From: Methanomassiliicoccales archaeon
GTDB taxonomy: Archaea > Thermoplasmatota > Thermoplasmata > Methanomassiliicoccales > JAAEEP01
Direction of reading: 5' to 3'
Length of the DNA: 64,000 nt
Assembly: GCA_013415695.1 (NCBI GenBank)
Contig: JAAEEP010000006.1
Span: forward strand, 21,318-85,317
Part shown: positions 17,141 through 27,006 of the stretch, piece by piece
Layout: the number at the start of each line of letters is the position of its first letter
Numbering within the stretch: the first letter of the stretch is position 1
Position numbers and translations under genes: made by a program
Notes under the pieces: generated by a model
Seen by the model: the letters and a program-made list of their open reading frames with translations, nothing else
The model's database searches: none
What the model was told of the DNA's origin: nothing

Positions 17141-17836
17141 ATGGTCAGCATAGAGGACGCGATCATAGCCAGGTTGGACACACACGGTGAGACCTTCGAG
17201 GTGCTCATCGATCCTGATGTGGCTAGGGCATTGCGTGAGGGGGAGGATGTAAACCTCTCTGAACACATGGCCATCGAGGAGATATTTAGAGACTCCAAGA
17301 AGGGTGACCGAGCCTCCGATGAGAAGATGATGGAGATTTTCGGGACTTCTGATGTGCTAGCGGTGGCCAGAGAAATCATACTGAATGGAGATGTTCAGCT
17401 AACCACCGAACAAAGAAGGGAGATGCTGGAGGTGAAGCGGAGGCGCATCATCAACGAGATCGCCCGCAACGCGATCAACCCCCAGAACAATACTCCCCAC
17501 CCCCCTCAGAGGATTGAACTTGCGATGGAGGAGGCAAAGGTTCACATTGATCCCTTCAAGTCGGTCGATGCCCAGGTCCCTATCGTGCTCAGTAAACTCC
17601 GACCGATAATTCCAATTCGATTCGAGAAGTCGAAAATCGCCGTGAAGTTACACGGTGATGACTACGGGCGTTGCTACGAGGACATAATCTTCTTCGGGAC
17701 CATCCTGAAGGAGGAGTGGCAACCCAGCGGAGACTGGATAGGTGTGGTGGAGATACCAGCAGGCACGAGGGACGAATTCATCAGCAAGCTCAAGAATAAG
17801 ACCAAAGGGAGTGTGGAGACCAAACTCCTGACCTGA
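17141..17836 (+). CDS. sdo1: SBDS/Sdo1 ribosome maturation protein
   Basis: The N-terminus [17 protein letters not shown] is typical of the family. Position in the exosome superoperon fits. GTG 17135 is an alternative start. Confidence 0.85.
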   Translation: MVSIEDAIIARLDTHGETFEVLIDPDVARALREGEDVNLSEHMAIEEIFRDSKKGDRASDEKMMEIFGTSDVLAVAREIILNGDVQLTTEQRREMLEVKRRRIINEIARNAINPQNNTPHPPQRIELAMEEAKVHIDPFKSVDAQVPIVLSKLRPIIPIRFEKSKIAVKLHGDDYGRCYEDIIFFGTILKEEWQPSGDWIGVVEIPAGTRDEFISKLKNKTKGSVETKLLT

Positions 17837-17866
17837 TCGCGACCAATGTTAAAATGAGGTTTACTC

Positions 17867-18568
17867 ATGACTAATGATAATATGAACAGGGAGGTCCAGA
17901 GGCCCGTGAGGGAATTAGTTGTCCCCGGTGACCTACTGGACACAGGAAAGCTCAAGGCGGGCAATGGGACCTACGTCGTGGATGGGAACATCTACGCGTC
18001 CCAGCTAGGCATAAAGAGTGTTCGATCCAATTATGTGAACGTGATCCCCCTTGGAGGGAGATACATCCCCCATCAAGGAGACACAGTGATAGGCAAGGTA
18101 ATCGATCTGGGACCATCCAACTGGCTGGTGGACATCAACTCCCCCTACCCGGCGCCCCTACATGTAAACGAGGTGCCCTGGAGGGTGGAGTTCGGGGACA
18201 CGGCTAGATACCTCAATGTGGGTGATGTGCTTCTTTCCAAGATACTGATAGTGGACGAGACAAAAAGGGTGCAGGTCACCATGAAGGAGCCCGGACTTAG
18301 GAAGCTCCAGGGTGGCCAGATAATCGAGATCACCCACAGCAAGGTTCCCAGGGTAATCGGCAAGGGTGGATCAATGATCCAGATGATCAAGAGCTACACG
18401 AATTGCAGGATCTTCGTGGGCCAGAATGGTAGAATCTGGTTGGATGGGGAAATCGACAACATCGTGTACGCAATAAGGGCCATAAAGATGATAGAGGAAG
18501 AGGCCCAGACCATGAGACTCACCGAGAGAGTGAAGGAATATCTGGAATCCGTTTTTGGTTCTGAATGA
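17867..18568 (+). CDS. rrp4: Exosome RNA-binding subunit Rrp4 (S1 plus KH)
   Basis: VVPGDLL N-domain, S1-like core and a KH GKGGSMI motif; conserved position. Confidence 0.9.
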   Translation: MTNDNMNREVQRPVRELVVPGDLLDTGKLKAGNGTYVVDGNIYASQLGIKSVRSNYVNVIPLGGRYIPHQGDTVIGKVIDLGPSNWLVDINSPYPAPLHVNEVPWRVEFGDTARYLNVGDVLLSKILIVDETKRVQVTMKEPGLRKLQGGQIIEITHSKVPRVIGKGGSMIQMIKSYTNCRIFVGQNGRIWLDGEIDNIVYAIRAIKMIEEEAQTMRLTERVKEYLESVFGSE

Positions 18569-18581
18569 TTTGGTGATTTAA

Positions 18582-19340
18582 ATGGGTGGAAATTCGGATA
18601 TTAAAATGATAGATGAGAACGGGCTTAGACTTGATGGTAGAAAATTCAACGAGCTCAGACCTATTAAGATTGAAGCGGGCGTCCTCAAGAGAGCAGACGG
18701 CTCCGCCTACGTTGAGTGGGGCAAGAACAAGGTTATGGCGGCTGTCTATGGACCAAGGGAGTGTCATCCCAGGCACCTTCAGGATCCCGCCAAGGGACTG
18801 GTAAGATGCAAGTACAACATGATCGCATTCTCAGTCTCAGATCGAAAGAGACCGGGGCCTGACAGAAGGTCTGTGGAGATATCAAAGATAATCTCTGAGG
18901 CTCTGGAATACGTGGTTTTCACGGAGCATTTCCCTAGGACCTCTATCGACGTGTATGTCGAGGTCTTGCAAGCCAACGCGGGCACGAGATGTGCTGGCCT
19001 TACGGCTGCATCTGTAGCGTTGGCCGATGCGGGCATTCCGATGAGAGACATAGTTCCCTCAGTGGCAGTGGGAAAAGTCAACGATACCGTTATTCTGGAT
19101 CTCAACAAAGAGGAGGACAACTTCGGGCAGGCGGATGTCCCCATGGCCATCATGCCCCGTACCGGCGAGGTCTTACTCCTGCAGATGGATGGTCATATGA
19201 CATACGATGAGCTTCAGCAAGCCATTGACATGGGATTTGAGGCTTCACAGACCATCTACGAGCTCCAGAAAGACGCGCTCAGGCGCAGATACGCGGTGGA
19301 AGATGTTGCTGATGACGATGAGAACGGAGAGGAGGAGTAG
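18582..19340 (+). CDS. rrp41: Exosome RNase PH subunit Rrp41
   Basis: [34 protein letters not shown]. Confidence 0.9.
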   Translation: MGGNSDIKMIDENGLRLDGRKFNELRPIKIEAGVLKRADGSAYVEWGKNKVMAAVYGPRECHPRHLQDPAKGLVRCKYNMIAFSVSDRKRPGPDRRSVEISKIISEALEYVVFTEHFPRTSIDVYVEVLQANAGTRCAGLTAASVALADAGIPMRDIVPSVAVGKVNDTVILDLNKEEDNFGQADVPMAIMPRTGEVLLLQMDGHMTYDELQQAIDMGFEASQTIYELQKDALRRRYAVEDVADDDENGEEE

Positions 19341-19342
19341 AA

Positions 19343-20116
19343 ATGGCACGCTCTATCATATCGGACATCAAAAGGGATCACATTCACAAGCTGATAGCCA
19401 AGGGCAAGCGCATCGACGGTCGTTCTTGGGATGAGTTCAGGGAGATCAGCATAGAGACCAACTTCGGCGAGAACGCCGAGGGCTCTGCCCGCGTGAAGTT
19501 GGGCAACACGGATGTGCTGGTTGGAGTCAAGATGGACCTTGGAACACCCTTCCCGGATACACCTGACAAGGGAGTGCTCACGACCAGCGCCGAGCTTATT
19601 CCACTTGCTTCGCCCTCATTCGAACCAGGTCCCCCGGACGAGAACGCGATCGAGCTCGCCAGGGTCGTGGACAGGGGAATAAGGGAGAGTGGCATGATCG
19701 ATGTCAAGTCTCTATGCGTGACCGAGGGTGAACAGGTCTGGATTTGCTTCCTGGACATTTATGTCCTGGACTTTGATGGCAACCTTTTCGACGCCTGCAT
19801 GCTAGGAGCAGTGGCGGCTCTGAAGTCTGCAATGGTACCGGCTTCCAGGCACGACAAGGGAGATGATTACCCGCTTCCTACAACCTGCACGCCCATCTCT
19901 TGCACCGCAGTACAAATCGAAAACTCTTTATTGCTCGATCCGACTCTCGACGAAGAAAAGGTCGCTGCGGCTCGTCTCACCGTGACCACTGACGAGAACG
20001 GTGACATTAGGGCCATGCAGAAGGGCCTAATGGGGTCCCTTACCCGCGATCAGATAACGACCATAATTGAGACATCCCAAAGATTGGGAAATGAACTTAG
20101 GAAGCTCATTGGGTGA
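19343..20116 (+). CDS. rrp42: Exosome RNase PH-like subunit Rrp42
   Basis: RIDGRSWDEFREISIETN..AEGSARVKLGNT; conserved position. Confidence 0.9.
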   Translation: MARSIISDIKRDHIHKLIAKGKRIDGRSWDEFREISIETNFGENAEGSARVKLGNTDVLVGVKMDLGTPFPDTPDKGVLTTSAELIPLASPSFEPGPPDENAIELARVVDRGIRESGMIDVKSLCVTEGEQVWICFLDIYVLDFDGNLFDACMLGAVAALKSAMVPASRHDKGDDYPLPTTCTPISCTAVQIENSLLLDPTLDEEKVAAARLTVTTDENGDIRAMQKGLMGSLTRDQITTIIETSQRLGNELRKLIG

Positions 20117-20121
20117 GCGAA

Positions 20122-20385
20122 ATGGCAAAGAGAACTGCGAAGGTAGGAAGTGCTGGAAAGTTCGGACCTAGGTACGGTGTCCGTGTCAGAAAGAGGGTAA
20201 GAGACATAGGCAATGTCAAGAGCGGGCCGCACGAGTGCCCCAACTGCCACCACCGGAGCGTGAAGCGCGTCTCCGTTGGAATTTGGGAGTGCAGGCATTG
20301 CGAGACAAAGTTCGCCGCGTCCGCCTACAACCCCAAGACAGTACGCCTTGTGGGTGCCGAGAGAAAGACCAGAGGAGGCGCCTGA
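20122..20385 (+). CDS. rpl37ae: Ribosomal protein L37Ae (eL43)
   Basis: MAKRTAKVGSAGKFGPRYG..CPNCHH..CRHC zinc ribbon. GTG 20113 is an alternative start. Confidence 0.9.
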   Translation: MAKRTAKVGSAGKFGPRYGVRVRKRVRDIGNVKSGPHECPNCHHRSVKRVSVGIWECRHCETKFAASAYNPKTVRLVGAERKTRGGA

Positions 20386-20386
20386 A

Positions 20387-20521
20387 TTGTATAAGTGCGG
20401 GAAATGTGAAAGGCCCATCCGCTCCAACGTGAACACTGTGGGGATGCAGTGCGAGAACTGTTCATCCAAGATATTCTACAAGGAGCGGCCAAATGTCAAG
20501 AAGGTAATCACGGGTAGATGA
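20387..20521 (+). CDS. rpoP: RNA polymerase subunit P (Rpo12)
   Basis: 44 aa from TTG 20387 after GAGGAGG. LYKCGKCERP..CENCSSKIFYKERP zinc ribbon. Embedded in a longer spurious track ORF (20276-20521). Confidence 0.75.
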   Translation: MYKCGKCERPIRSNVNTVGMQCENCSSKIFYKERPNVKKVITGR

Positions 20522-20525
20522 GTCG

Positions 20526-20759
20526 ATGCCCTCGGCAGAGCTCAGCGTTGACTCCAAGATCCCCGAGACCCTGCTAAGAGCCCTAGGGCCTGAGCTGGGG
20601 AGGGATATTCCCAAGACAAATGTGGACGGCCGCATAGAGAACGGCCGTCTGGTGCTGAGCATCGAGGCGACGGACATATCGGCCCTAAGGGCCGCCCTAA
20701 ACTCGTACCTCAGGTGGATAAAGATCACCAAGGACATGATCGAAATCGCAGGTGGATGA
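20526..20759 (+). CDS. pcc1: KEOPS subunit Pcc1-like
   Basis: 77 aa; LRAALNSYLRWIKI; usual position between rpoP and prefoldin beta. Confidence 0.65.
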   Translation: MPSAELSVDSKIPETLLRALGPELGRDIPKTNVDGRIENGRLVLSIEATDISALRAALNSYLRWIKITKDMIEIAGG

Positions 20760-20760
20760 T

Positions 20761-21129
20761 ATGAACGAGATAAGTCCCAAACTCCAGAATCAGATCGCAC
20801 AGTTCCAGCAGCTCCAGCAGCAGCTTCAGACGATCCTATCACAGAAATTGCAGATGGAAGCCCAACTCCGAGAGGTTGAGAATACCCTTGAGGAGCTCGG
20901 CAAGGTGACGGACGATGCCCCCATTTACAAGAATGTGGGTTCACTCCTGATCAAGGCCACCGACAAGGATTCTGTGGTCAAGGAGATCGAGGATGACAAG
21001 GAGACCCTAGAGGTCCGTGTCAAGACCCTGAACCGACAGGAAAAGCAGATGAGGGAGCGCTACCAGTCTATGCAGGACCAGCTCCAGAAGGCTCTCGGCG
21101 GTGCAGGTGCTCCTCCTGGTATGAACTGA
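20761..21129 (+). CDS. pfdB: Prefoldin beta subunit
   Basis: Coiled-coil QIAQFQQLQQQLQ..IYKNVGSLLIK..LEVRVKTL. GTG 20752 is an alternative start. Confidence 0.85.
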   Translation: MNEISPKLQNQIAQFQQLQQQLQTILSQKLQMEAQLREVENTLEELGKVTDDAPIYKNVGSLLIKATDKDSVVKEIEDDKETLEVRVKTLNRQEKQMRERYQSMQDQLQKALGGAGAPPGMN

Positions 21130-21300
21130 GACCGGAACGGCTCAAACATCTTACCTTCCTTTTCATGATTTTCTATTGAAAGGCCCCGGTGCTGAACGGT
21201 TCGAAGTAGTACGAAAGGCGATTCTTCGCTGACCGCTTCCGACATAACTTCATCCGTTCAATTATATAGAGTTAAAGAGAATCTCTATCAAGGGAGAACA

Positions 21301-21873
21301 ATGGCACTAGAGGATCTTCTACCCTGGATAATACTGGGAATAGTGGTCATTATTGTGGTTGTAGTCATCCTCTACTTTGTTGGGATCTACAACCGTTTTC
21401 AAAGCCTCAAGAACTCTTCAGAGGCTACCTTGGGACAGATCAGGGTGGCTATGAAGAAGAGATTGGATATGATCGATCAGCTCTTGGGAGCGGTGAAGAG
21501 CTACGCTAAGTTCGAAAAGGAGACCCTGGAGAAGGTGACTGCCATGAGAGCCATGGTGGCCACGGCGGACGCTGGTGACCTCAACGAGATAGAGAGAGAA
21601 TCACGTTCCCTTCTAGGAAGGCTCTTCGCCGTCGCGGAGGCATATCCAGATCTCAAGACGAACACGACAGTTATGGACCTGATGGGTGCTGTCAGGAGCG
21701 TGGAGGAGGAGATTGCCCGGCAGAGGTACACTTACAACAACATCTCACAGCAGTTCAACACTATGAGGGATGTCATTCCATCGAACATCATAGCCAACAT
21801 GTTAGGATTTGAGAAGCTCGACTACCTTGAATTTGAAGAAGAGATTGAGACTCCACCTAAGATCGAGTTCTGA
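21301..21873 (+). CDS. lemA: LemA family membrane protein
   Basis: N-terminal TM segment, then [29 protein letters not shown]. Confidence 0.85.
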   Translation: MALEDLLPWIILGIVVIIVVVVILYFVGIYNRFQSLKNSSEATLGQIRVAMKKRLDMIDQLLGAVKSYAKFEKETLEKVTAMRAMVATADAGDLNEIERESRSLLGRLFAVAEAYPDLKTNTTVMDLMGAVRSVEEEIARQRYTYNNISQQFNTMRDVIPSNIIANMLGFEKLDYLEFEEEIETPPKIEF

Positions 21874-21884
21874 AGGGAAATCAA

Positions 21885-23693
21885 TTGATTGAGAAGAGGC
21901 AGCTGGCAATACTGTTGGTGGTGACATTCGCCATTTCGTTGGCGGGGGTTGGTCTCACCTCACTGATACCGCCTGCGCTTGAAGGTGACCTGGTCATTGA
22001 CGAATACGGGGCGTCATTCAGTGAGAATGGATCGCTGATCGAATCTTACGCATACGAAGTGAAGAACTCAGGACAGTACCGGATGCTCTTTCGTTACTGG
22101 GAAGAGGAGCTCTCCCTCACCAACCTAGACCGCCCATACATCGAGTTCTTGAACATGGCGATACCTTCAGGGTCGATTGGATACATCAAGGACCATAACG
22201 GGGAGGTCACCCTCTTTGGGTCGAGCGATCCTTCGATAAGATGGACCATCCAGAACCTTGCGTTCAACAATGAAGTGGGAATATTTGATCCGGGTTATTT
22301 CCAGGCCGGCACCTATTCAGTAGAGTACAGCTACATGCTCCATCCCACCATCGAGTATGATGACCAGTATGCCCACCTCAACATTCGACTTCTGGATGAG
22401 CACATACCCTTCCGGACCCTTACCATAGAATATCCAAGCCATTATGTTCAGGACGTGTTTCCTCATCCCCCAAGTCTCAGCGTCAAGGAGAGCGGGGGAG
22501 AGGTCGTTCTATCTGGGAGCCTGGGCGGTAATGAGGGTCTTGGAATCGAACTGCTTCTCTCCCTGGAGGCCGTTGACGAGATGAGCGGTTATCCGACGTT
22601 CGTTGAGGACGTTAGGGGAAAGACGGTGGCGGCAAACCCCTGGTACGACATACTCCCTTACTACGCCGCATGGATTCTTTATCCCCTGTCAATCGCACTT
22701 GTCATTCTAACCCCATTTCTATTCCTGGTGATCTACTACATCTTCGGACGGGAGAAGTCATTCACGGTCCCCGAATACCTAAGCTTCACCCCTAATCCCA
22801 AAATGAAACCCTGGGCGGTGAATCTGCTGTTCAAGAAAGATCCCATGGTATTCGACCAAGATGGTTACTACGCCACTCTGCTTGACCTGCACAGGAAGAA
22901 GTTGATAACCATCACAGAGACGGCGGATGGTCAGGGAGTGAGGATCAAACTGAACAATAATGCATCTGATGATTCCTATGAGCAGAGGGTCCTCGACTTT
23001 CTCCAGGATGTTTCCCAGGAAGGAGTGGTCGATTCAGAGGAAATCAAGTATCTGGCGACCATCGCAAAGAGCAATCATTACGCCGAATCAAGGATACTCC
23101 GCTATCAGAGTGTGCTCTCCGATGTCACCAGGAAATCCGATCCTGTGCTCATCGATAAGTATGTGGTAAATGGCAGGAAGCATGTGATCCCCCTTCTGGC
23201 GGTCGGGGTAATCATGCTAATCGCATCAATCGTGGTCATTGCGCTGATACCTCCCCAGATCGGACTCCTGATTCCGGCCATAGTATTATGGATATTCATG
23301 ATAGTCCAAACCGGAATTGCGTTGTCATTCCCTTCAACTCTCTTCGGACACTGGAAGGGAGATGGTTACAAGGAGAAGCTGGAGTGGAGCGCTTTCTCCT
23401 ATTTCCTTACCGATCTCGCATTGATCAAACAGTACGCCCCCTCCGACATCTCAATGTGGGGAGAATGGTTAGTGTACGGTACAGCGCTAGGGGTGGGTGA
23501 CAAGGTGGAAAAGGTGATGAAGGACCTGAACATCAGCACTCCCGAAGCTGGAGTTCCCCTAGGAGTAAGGGCCGTATTTGTGCCAATATTCTTCTACTCC
23601 CCGGCCTCCCCTGGAGGATTAGCGGGTGGATTTGGCGGGGGAGGATTTGGCGGGGGAGGAGGATTCGGAGGCGGCGGAGTGGGAGGAAGATAG
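21885..23693 (+). CDS. DUF2207-type membrane protein with a Gly-rich C-terminus
   Basis: TTG start. Large extracytoplasmic N-domain, several TM segments and a GGFGGGGFGGGGGFGGGG tail. The usual partner of lemA. Confidence 0.7.
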   Translation: MIEKRQLAILLVVTFAISLAGVGLTSLIPPALEGDLVIDEYGASFSENGSLIESYAYEVKNSGQYRMLFRYWEEELSLTNLDRPYIEFLNMAIPSGSIGYIKDHNGEVTLFGSSDPSIRWTIQNLAFNNEVGIFDPGYFQAGTYSVEYSYMLHPTIEYDDQYAHLNIRLLDEHIPFRTLTIEYPSHYVQDVFPHPPSLSVKESGGEVVLSGSLGGNEGLGIELLLSLEAVDEMSGYPTFVEDVRGKTVAANPWYDILPYYAAWILYPLSIALVILTPFLFLVIYYIFGREKSFTVPEYLSFTPNPKMKPWAVNLLFKKDPMVFDQDGYYATLLDLHRKKLITITETADGQGVRIKLNNNASDDSYEQRVLDFLQDVSQEGVVDSEEIKYLATIAKSNHYAESRILRYQSVLSDVTRKSDPVLIDKYVVNGRKHVIPLLAVGVIMLIASIVVIALIPPQIGLLIPAIVLWIFMIVQTGIALSFPSTLFGHWKGDGYKEKLEWSAFSYFLTDLALIKQYAPSDISMWGEWLVYGTALGVGDKVEKVMKDLNISTPEAGVPLGVRAVFVPIFFYSPASPGGLAGGFGGGGFGGGGGFGGGGVGGR

Positions 23694-23730
23694 CACCCCT
23701 CCACAGCATCCAGAGAAGAAGGTGCTGAAT

Positions 23731-24408
23731 TTAGAAACCTGGAAGGGGTTTCATTCGATTGAATCCACCAATAGGACAGGAAGTGATGCAGAGGGAGCAC
23801 TGCTCCTTGGTGAATCTTGTTATTCGATTGACCGTCTCCTCCTGCATGATCACCATGTTATCATCGGGATCGAACTCTGCGATGCATTTGCTACGGTCGA
23901 AGATCGCCCTGTCCAGAGCCCCGGTGGGGCATTCCCTTATGCAAACAGTGCACATGTTGCACAGCTCGATATTCAATGGAGCATCGACCTCCACATCGAT
24001 ATCCGCGAAGACCGCCGTGAACCGCAACCGTGGTCCCCACTCCCGATTGAGTACGAGGTTGTTCTCACCAAGTAACCCGAGGCCTCCAGCAACAGCCGCC
24101 CGTTTGAGGTCGATCTTATGCCACGAATCGGTGAACTCCAAAGGCTCTGCCCTTATTCCCTTCTCTCTTAGATCCCAAGCTAACTTCCTAGCCTTGTTCT
24201 CGAGCACCTCGTAAATCCACTTGCTCCATCTTTCCTTACCAGCAATATTCGCCTTGAAGGTGAACTCGGTGGACTCATCCGGAGTGACCATTCCAAGTAC
24301 GATGACCCTGGAAAAATCTGTGTTGGCATCGATATCAGACGGATCGACGATCGCGGTCATGTCAAAGCCGACTTCGATACCAAGATCCCTTATCCAATCT
24401 GGAGGCAC
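23731..24408 (-). CDS. QueG/reductive-dehalogenase-superfamily-like 4Fe-4S protein
   Basis: AAVAGGLGLLGENNLVLNREWGPRLRF..CNMCTVCIRECPTGAL..CSLCITSCP resembles the epoxyqueuosine reductase core. Confidence 0.5.
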   Translation of the reverse strand: MPPDWIRDLGIEVGFDMTAIVDPSDIDANTDFSRVIVLGMVTPDESTEFTFKANIAGKERWSKWIYEVLENKARKLAWDLREKGIRAEPLEFTDSWHKIDLKRAAVAGGLGLLGENNLVLNREWGPRLRFTAVFADIDVEVDAPLNIELCNMCTVCIRECPTGALDRAIFDRSKCIAEFDPDDNMVIMQEETVNRITRFTKEQCSLCITSCPIGGFNRMKPLPGF

Positions 24409-24625
24409 GCTATATGAATTTGGATCGATTTCGATAATACTTTGCCATCGACTAGTTAATTCTATAACATCAATATGAGAATGTAATAGCGGTAGTTGGG
24501 AATAACTTGTAACTCAGGCAAATAGGCACCATATTCAATGGTTTGAGAGATACACCTAAGGATTGGAATGAGGTAGAATCAAGGCTGGACTTTGATGATG
24601 ATTGCTAGTATGGATTGTCAATTTT

Positions 24626-24955
24626 TTAAATATAGGTTTCCCAAGCACCCATGGAGATGCTGCCAACCACCTTCATCTGCATCAACTCCTCATGGAACTT
24701 GATGCACTCGGTGCTGTTCTTGAGTCTTTTGTCAAGATTTTCCTTCTCGGCCCAGCTTTCAAACTCAACTACTTGCACGATCGCTCCTGAGACATTACCA
24801 AAAGTCTGAGAGTAGAGATTCATCGATTTGATTTCTTTAAATAGCTCCGGGTTCTTCCTCATGTATTCGAGGAATTCCTTCCATAGCTGCTTGTGTTCAA
24901 TATCGTATTCTGGTTTGACCACCCATGTCTCCACCATTGACACGCTCATTTTCAA
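24626..24955 (-). CDS. Hypothetical protein (109 aa)
   Basis: ORF only; no motif recognised. Confidence 0.4.
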   Translation of the reverse strand: MKMSVSMVETWVVKPEYDIEHKQLWKEFLEYMRKNPELFKEIKSMNLYSQTFGNVSGAIVQVVEFESWAEKENLDKRLKNSTECIKFHEELMQMKVVGSISMGAWETYI

Positions 24956-25009
24956 TCCCCCATTTACTTAGCATTCATTCTAATCCTGAGGATTTGTATA
25001 TTGCTGCTT

Positions 25010-25456
25010 CTACCAAGATCTCTCCACTGCTTCGAGGTTCTGAATTATCCGAATGAGATACTCTTCCAATTCATTCCTTTCCTCCATGGAGAACCCCTCA
25101 TAGAATAATTCGGTCATATCCTTCGATACATCCATATAGTCACGTCTGAGGTTCTGTGCCTTGTCTCCAAGAGATAGGAGTACTGCCCTACGATCGCCAT
25201 GTGATCTTCGTCTCATCACCAGACCGTCCTCCTCCATCCGATCTAGCATGCTGGTCAGTGTAGAAGGGCTGAGAGAAGCCCTCTCCGCGAGTTGCTGTAT
25301 TGGTATGTCATCTTCCTTCAGAAGCACAAATAGTATCCTTCCTTGCCCAGAATTGATTGGGATCCCCCTCTCCACCAACAGGTGATTGAATACCCTTCCC
25401 GATAACTGGTGTGCCTTTGAGAGTAGGAAGCCTCCCTGACTTGGCATTTGGGTCAT
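25010..25456 (-). CDS. MarR family transcriptional regulator
   Basis: wHTH QLAERASLSPSTLTSMLDRMEEDGLVMRRRSHGDRR. ATG 25456 overlaps the upstream stop (ATGA). Confidence 0.85.
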   Translation of the reverse strand: MTQMPSQGGFLLSKAHQLSGRVFNHLLVERGIPINSGQGRILFVLLKEDDIPIQQLAERASLSPSTLTSMLDRMEEDGLVMRRRSHGDRRAVLLSLGDKAQNLRRDYMDVSKDMTELFYEGFSMEERNELEEYLIRIIQNLEAVERSW

Positions 25457-25914
25457 CTCAACCTCACTTCGAACTTGCGAGGAGTCGCCCATCCCCTGGC
25501 GAGCGTAGGTTTCATTGATATGACCGTGTAATCGGGGTCCTCCGCTCCCTTAGGGTAGTACCTTTCCCACCAGTCCACCCAGAGACGATGCTTGAATTCT
25601 TTATCATCCACAATCTCAGCCGTGCCGCTGAGCTGTACTCCGTTGGACTCTCCGGGTTTGCAGTAGTATACCGAAATCCTGGGATCATTTCTGATCTCCT
25701 CGACCTTCCTGGAAGAGGTGTTGGTTGAGACTGTAATGGTAATATCATCGGGATCCTGATTGAGGAATGATAGTGTGGGGAACTGCTTCTCGTTCCGTAG
25801 GTTGAACATCGCCCGTATTTGAGGGTGACCGTCTGCACCTTTTGTAGCGAGGTACATGATCTCGGCCTCCCTTAGAAGCCGAGTTATCAATTCCATAAGC
25901 TCGTTGTCGAGCAT
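25453..25914 (-). CDS. Pyridoxamine 5'-phosphate oxidase family (general-stress-protein-26-like) protein
   Basis: MYLATKGADGHPQIRAM..ISVYYC..VQLSGTAEIV. ATG 25914 chosen over the AT-rich track start. Confidence 0.65.
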   Translation of the reverse strand: MLDNELMELITRLLREAEIMYLATKGADGHPQIRAMFNLRNEKQFPTLSFLNQDPDDITITVSTNTSSRKVEEIRNDPRISVYYCKPGESNGVQLSGTAEIVDDKEFKHRLWVDWWERYYPKGAEDPDYTVISMKPTLARGWATPRKFEVRLR

Positions 25915-26010
25915 ATCATCAATAAATACTATATAAAATATTACTATATAGTAATTTCTTTTCATTCTTCAAAAAACTGCAAATAGTTGGGTTTCGTTCT
26001 GGAAACCATC

Positions 26011-26976
26011 ATGCTCCAGTCAATCTCTTCCAAGCTCGAAAAGGGCAGGAAGCTCATACTCATCCACGGAAATGCAGACCCCGATGCACTGGGATGTGCC
26101 TATGCTATCGCAAAGGCTTTCCCAGAAGGAGATATCGTGGCACCTGGTGGCCTGGACAGAATATCAAAGATCATCACTGACAAGCTAGGGATTGAAGTAG
26201 GTGAGAATGCAGATTTCTCTGATTATGATCTGGTTGTAGTCGTTGACACCTCATCCCCCGACCAGCTTGAGAATCTCAGCGATGTCCCTCTGGGTAGTGT
26301 AATAATAGATCATCATGCCCGTACCGAAAAGTGGAATGGTTGCGTCTATTACTGCGATGAATCGAAACGGAGCTGTGCAGAGATCGTTCTCGAGCTGGTC
26401 CGAATCGATGGAAAGGAACTGGATAGGGATGTTGGCCTAGTCTTACTCGCTGGAATGATCACCGATAGCGGTCACTTCAGGTACGCGAACCAAGAACTGT
26501 TGACCACCTTCGCCGAGTTATTGAGGGAAAACGAACTGGAGATCGACGAGGTATTCGCACTTACCGATATGGAGCAGGTCATATCAGAGAGGATAGCCCA
26601 GCTGAAGGGCGGTCAGAGACTCAAATTTGATAGGATAGGGCGATACATAGTGGCGATCTCCCATGGTTCATCCTTCGAAAGCTCCGTCTCAAAATCGCTG
26701 TTGTCACTTGGCGCAGACGTGGCGTTCGTAGGTTCCCAGCGCGAAGATCGGTTCAGAGTAAGCGCAAGGGCCAGGCAGGAGATGGTAAGGATGGGATTGC
26801 ACCTTGGAAGAATGTTGGAGGATATCGGTTTCGAGACCTCCAACGATGGTGGAGGACATCCCGGAGCTGCTGGTCTTATCGGGGAAGGTGATGTTGAAGC
26901 AATGCTCAACATGTGCATGAGGCGCACGATGGACTTCTTTAGAAAGATCAGAGATTCAGAACCTATCAGGAATTGA
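26011..26976 (+). CDS. DHH/DHHA1 phosphoesterase (NrnA-like)
   Basis: HGNADPDALG, VVVDTSSP, IIDHH and GGGHPGAAG. Confidence 0.8.
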   Translation: MLQSISSKLEKGRKLILIHGNADPDALGCAYAIAKAFPEGDIVAPGGLDRISKIITDKLGIEVGENADFSDYDLVVVVDTSSPDQLENLSDVPLGSVIIDHHARTEKWNGCVYYCDESKRSCAEIVLELVRIDGKELDRDVGLVLLAGMITDSGHFRYANQELLTTFAELLRENELEIDEVFALTDMEQVISERIAQLKGGQRLKFDRIGRYIVAISHGSSFESSVSKSLLSLGADVAFVGSQREDRFRVSARARQEMVRMGLHLGRMLEDIGFETSNDGGGHPGAAGLIGEGDVEAMLNMCMRRTMDFFRKIRDSEPIRN

Positions 26977-27006
26977 GAAAGATAAAAGAAATGGGATCGA
27001 GGAAGA

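Noticed and set aside
23594-23693. Short tandem GGAGGATTTGGCGGG repeats
   Set aside because: They encode the Gly-rich GGFGGGG tail of the DUF2207 protein. This is low-complexity coding sequence, not a CRISPR array or regulatory repeat.
24626-25914. Possible horizontally acquired island (hypothetical protein, MarR, PNPOx look more AT-rich by eye)
   Set aside because: I could not compute composition rigorously. There are no flanking repeats, integrase or tRNA. It is an ordinary detox or regulator pair coupled by an ATGA overlap.
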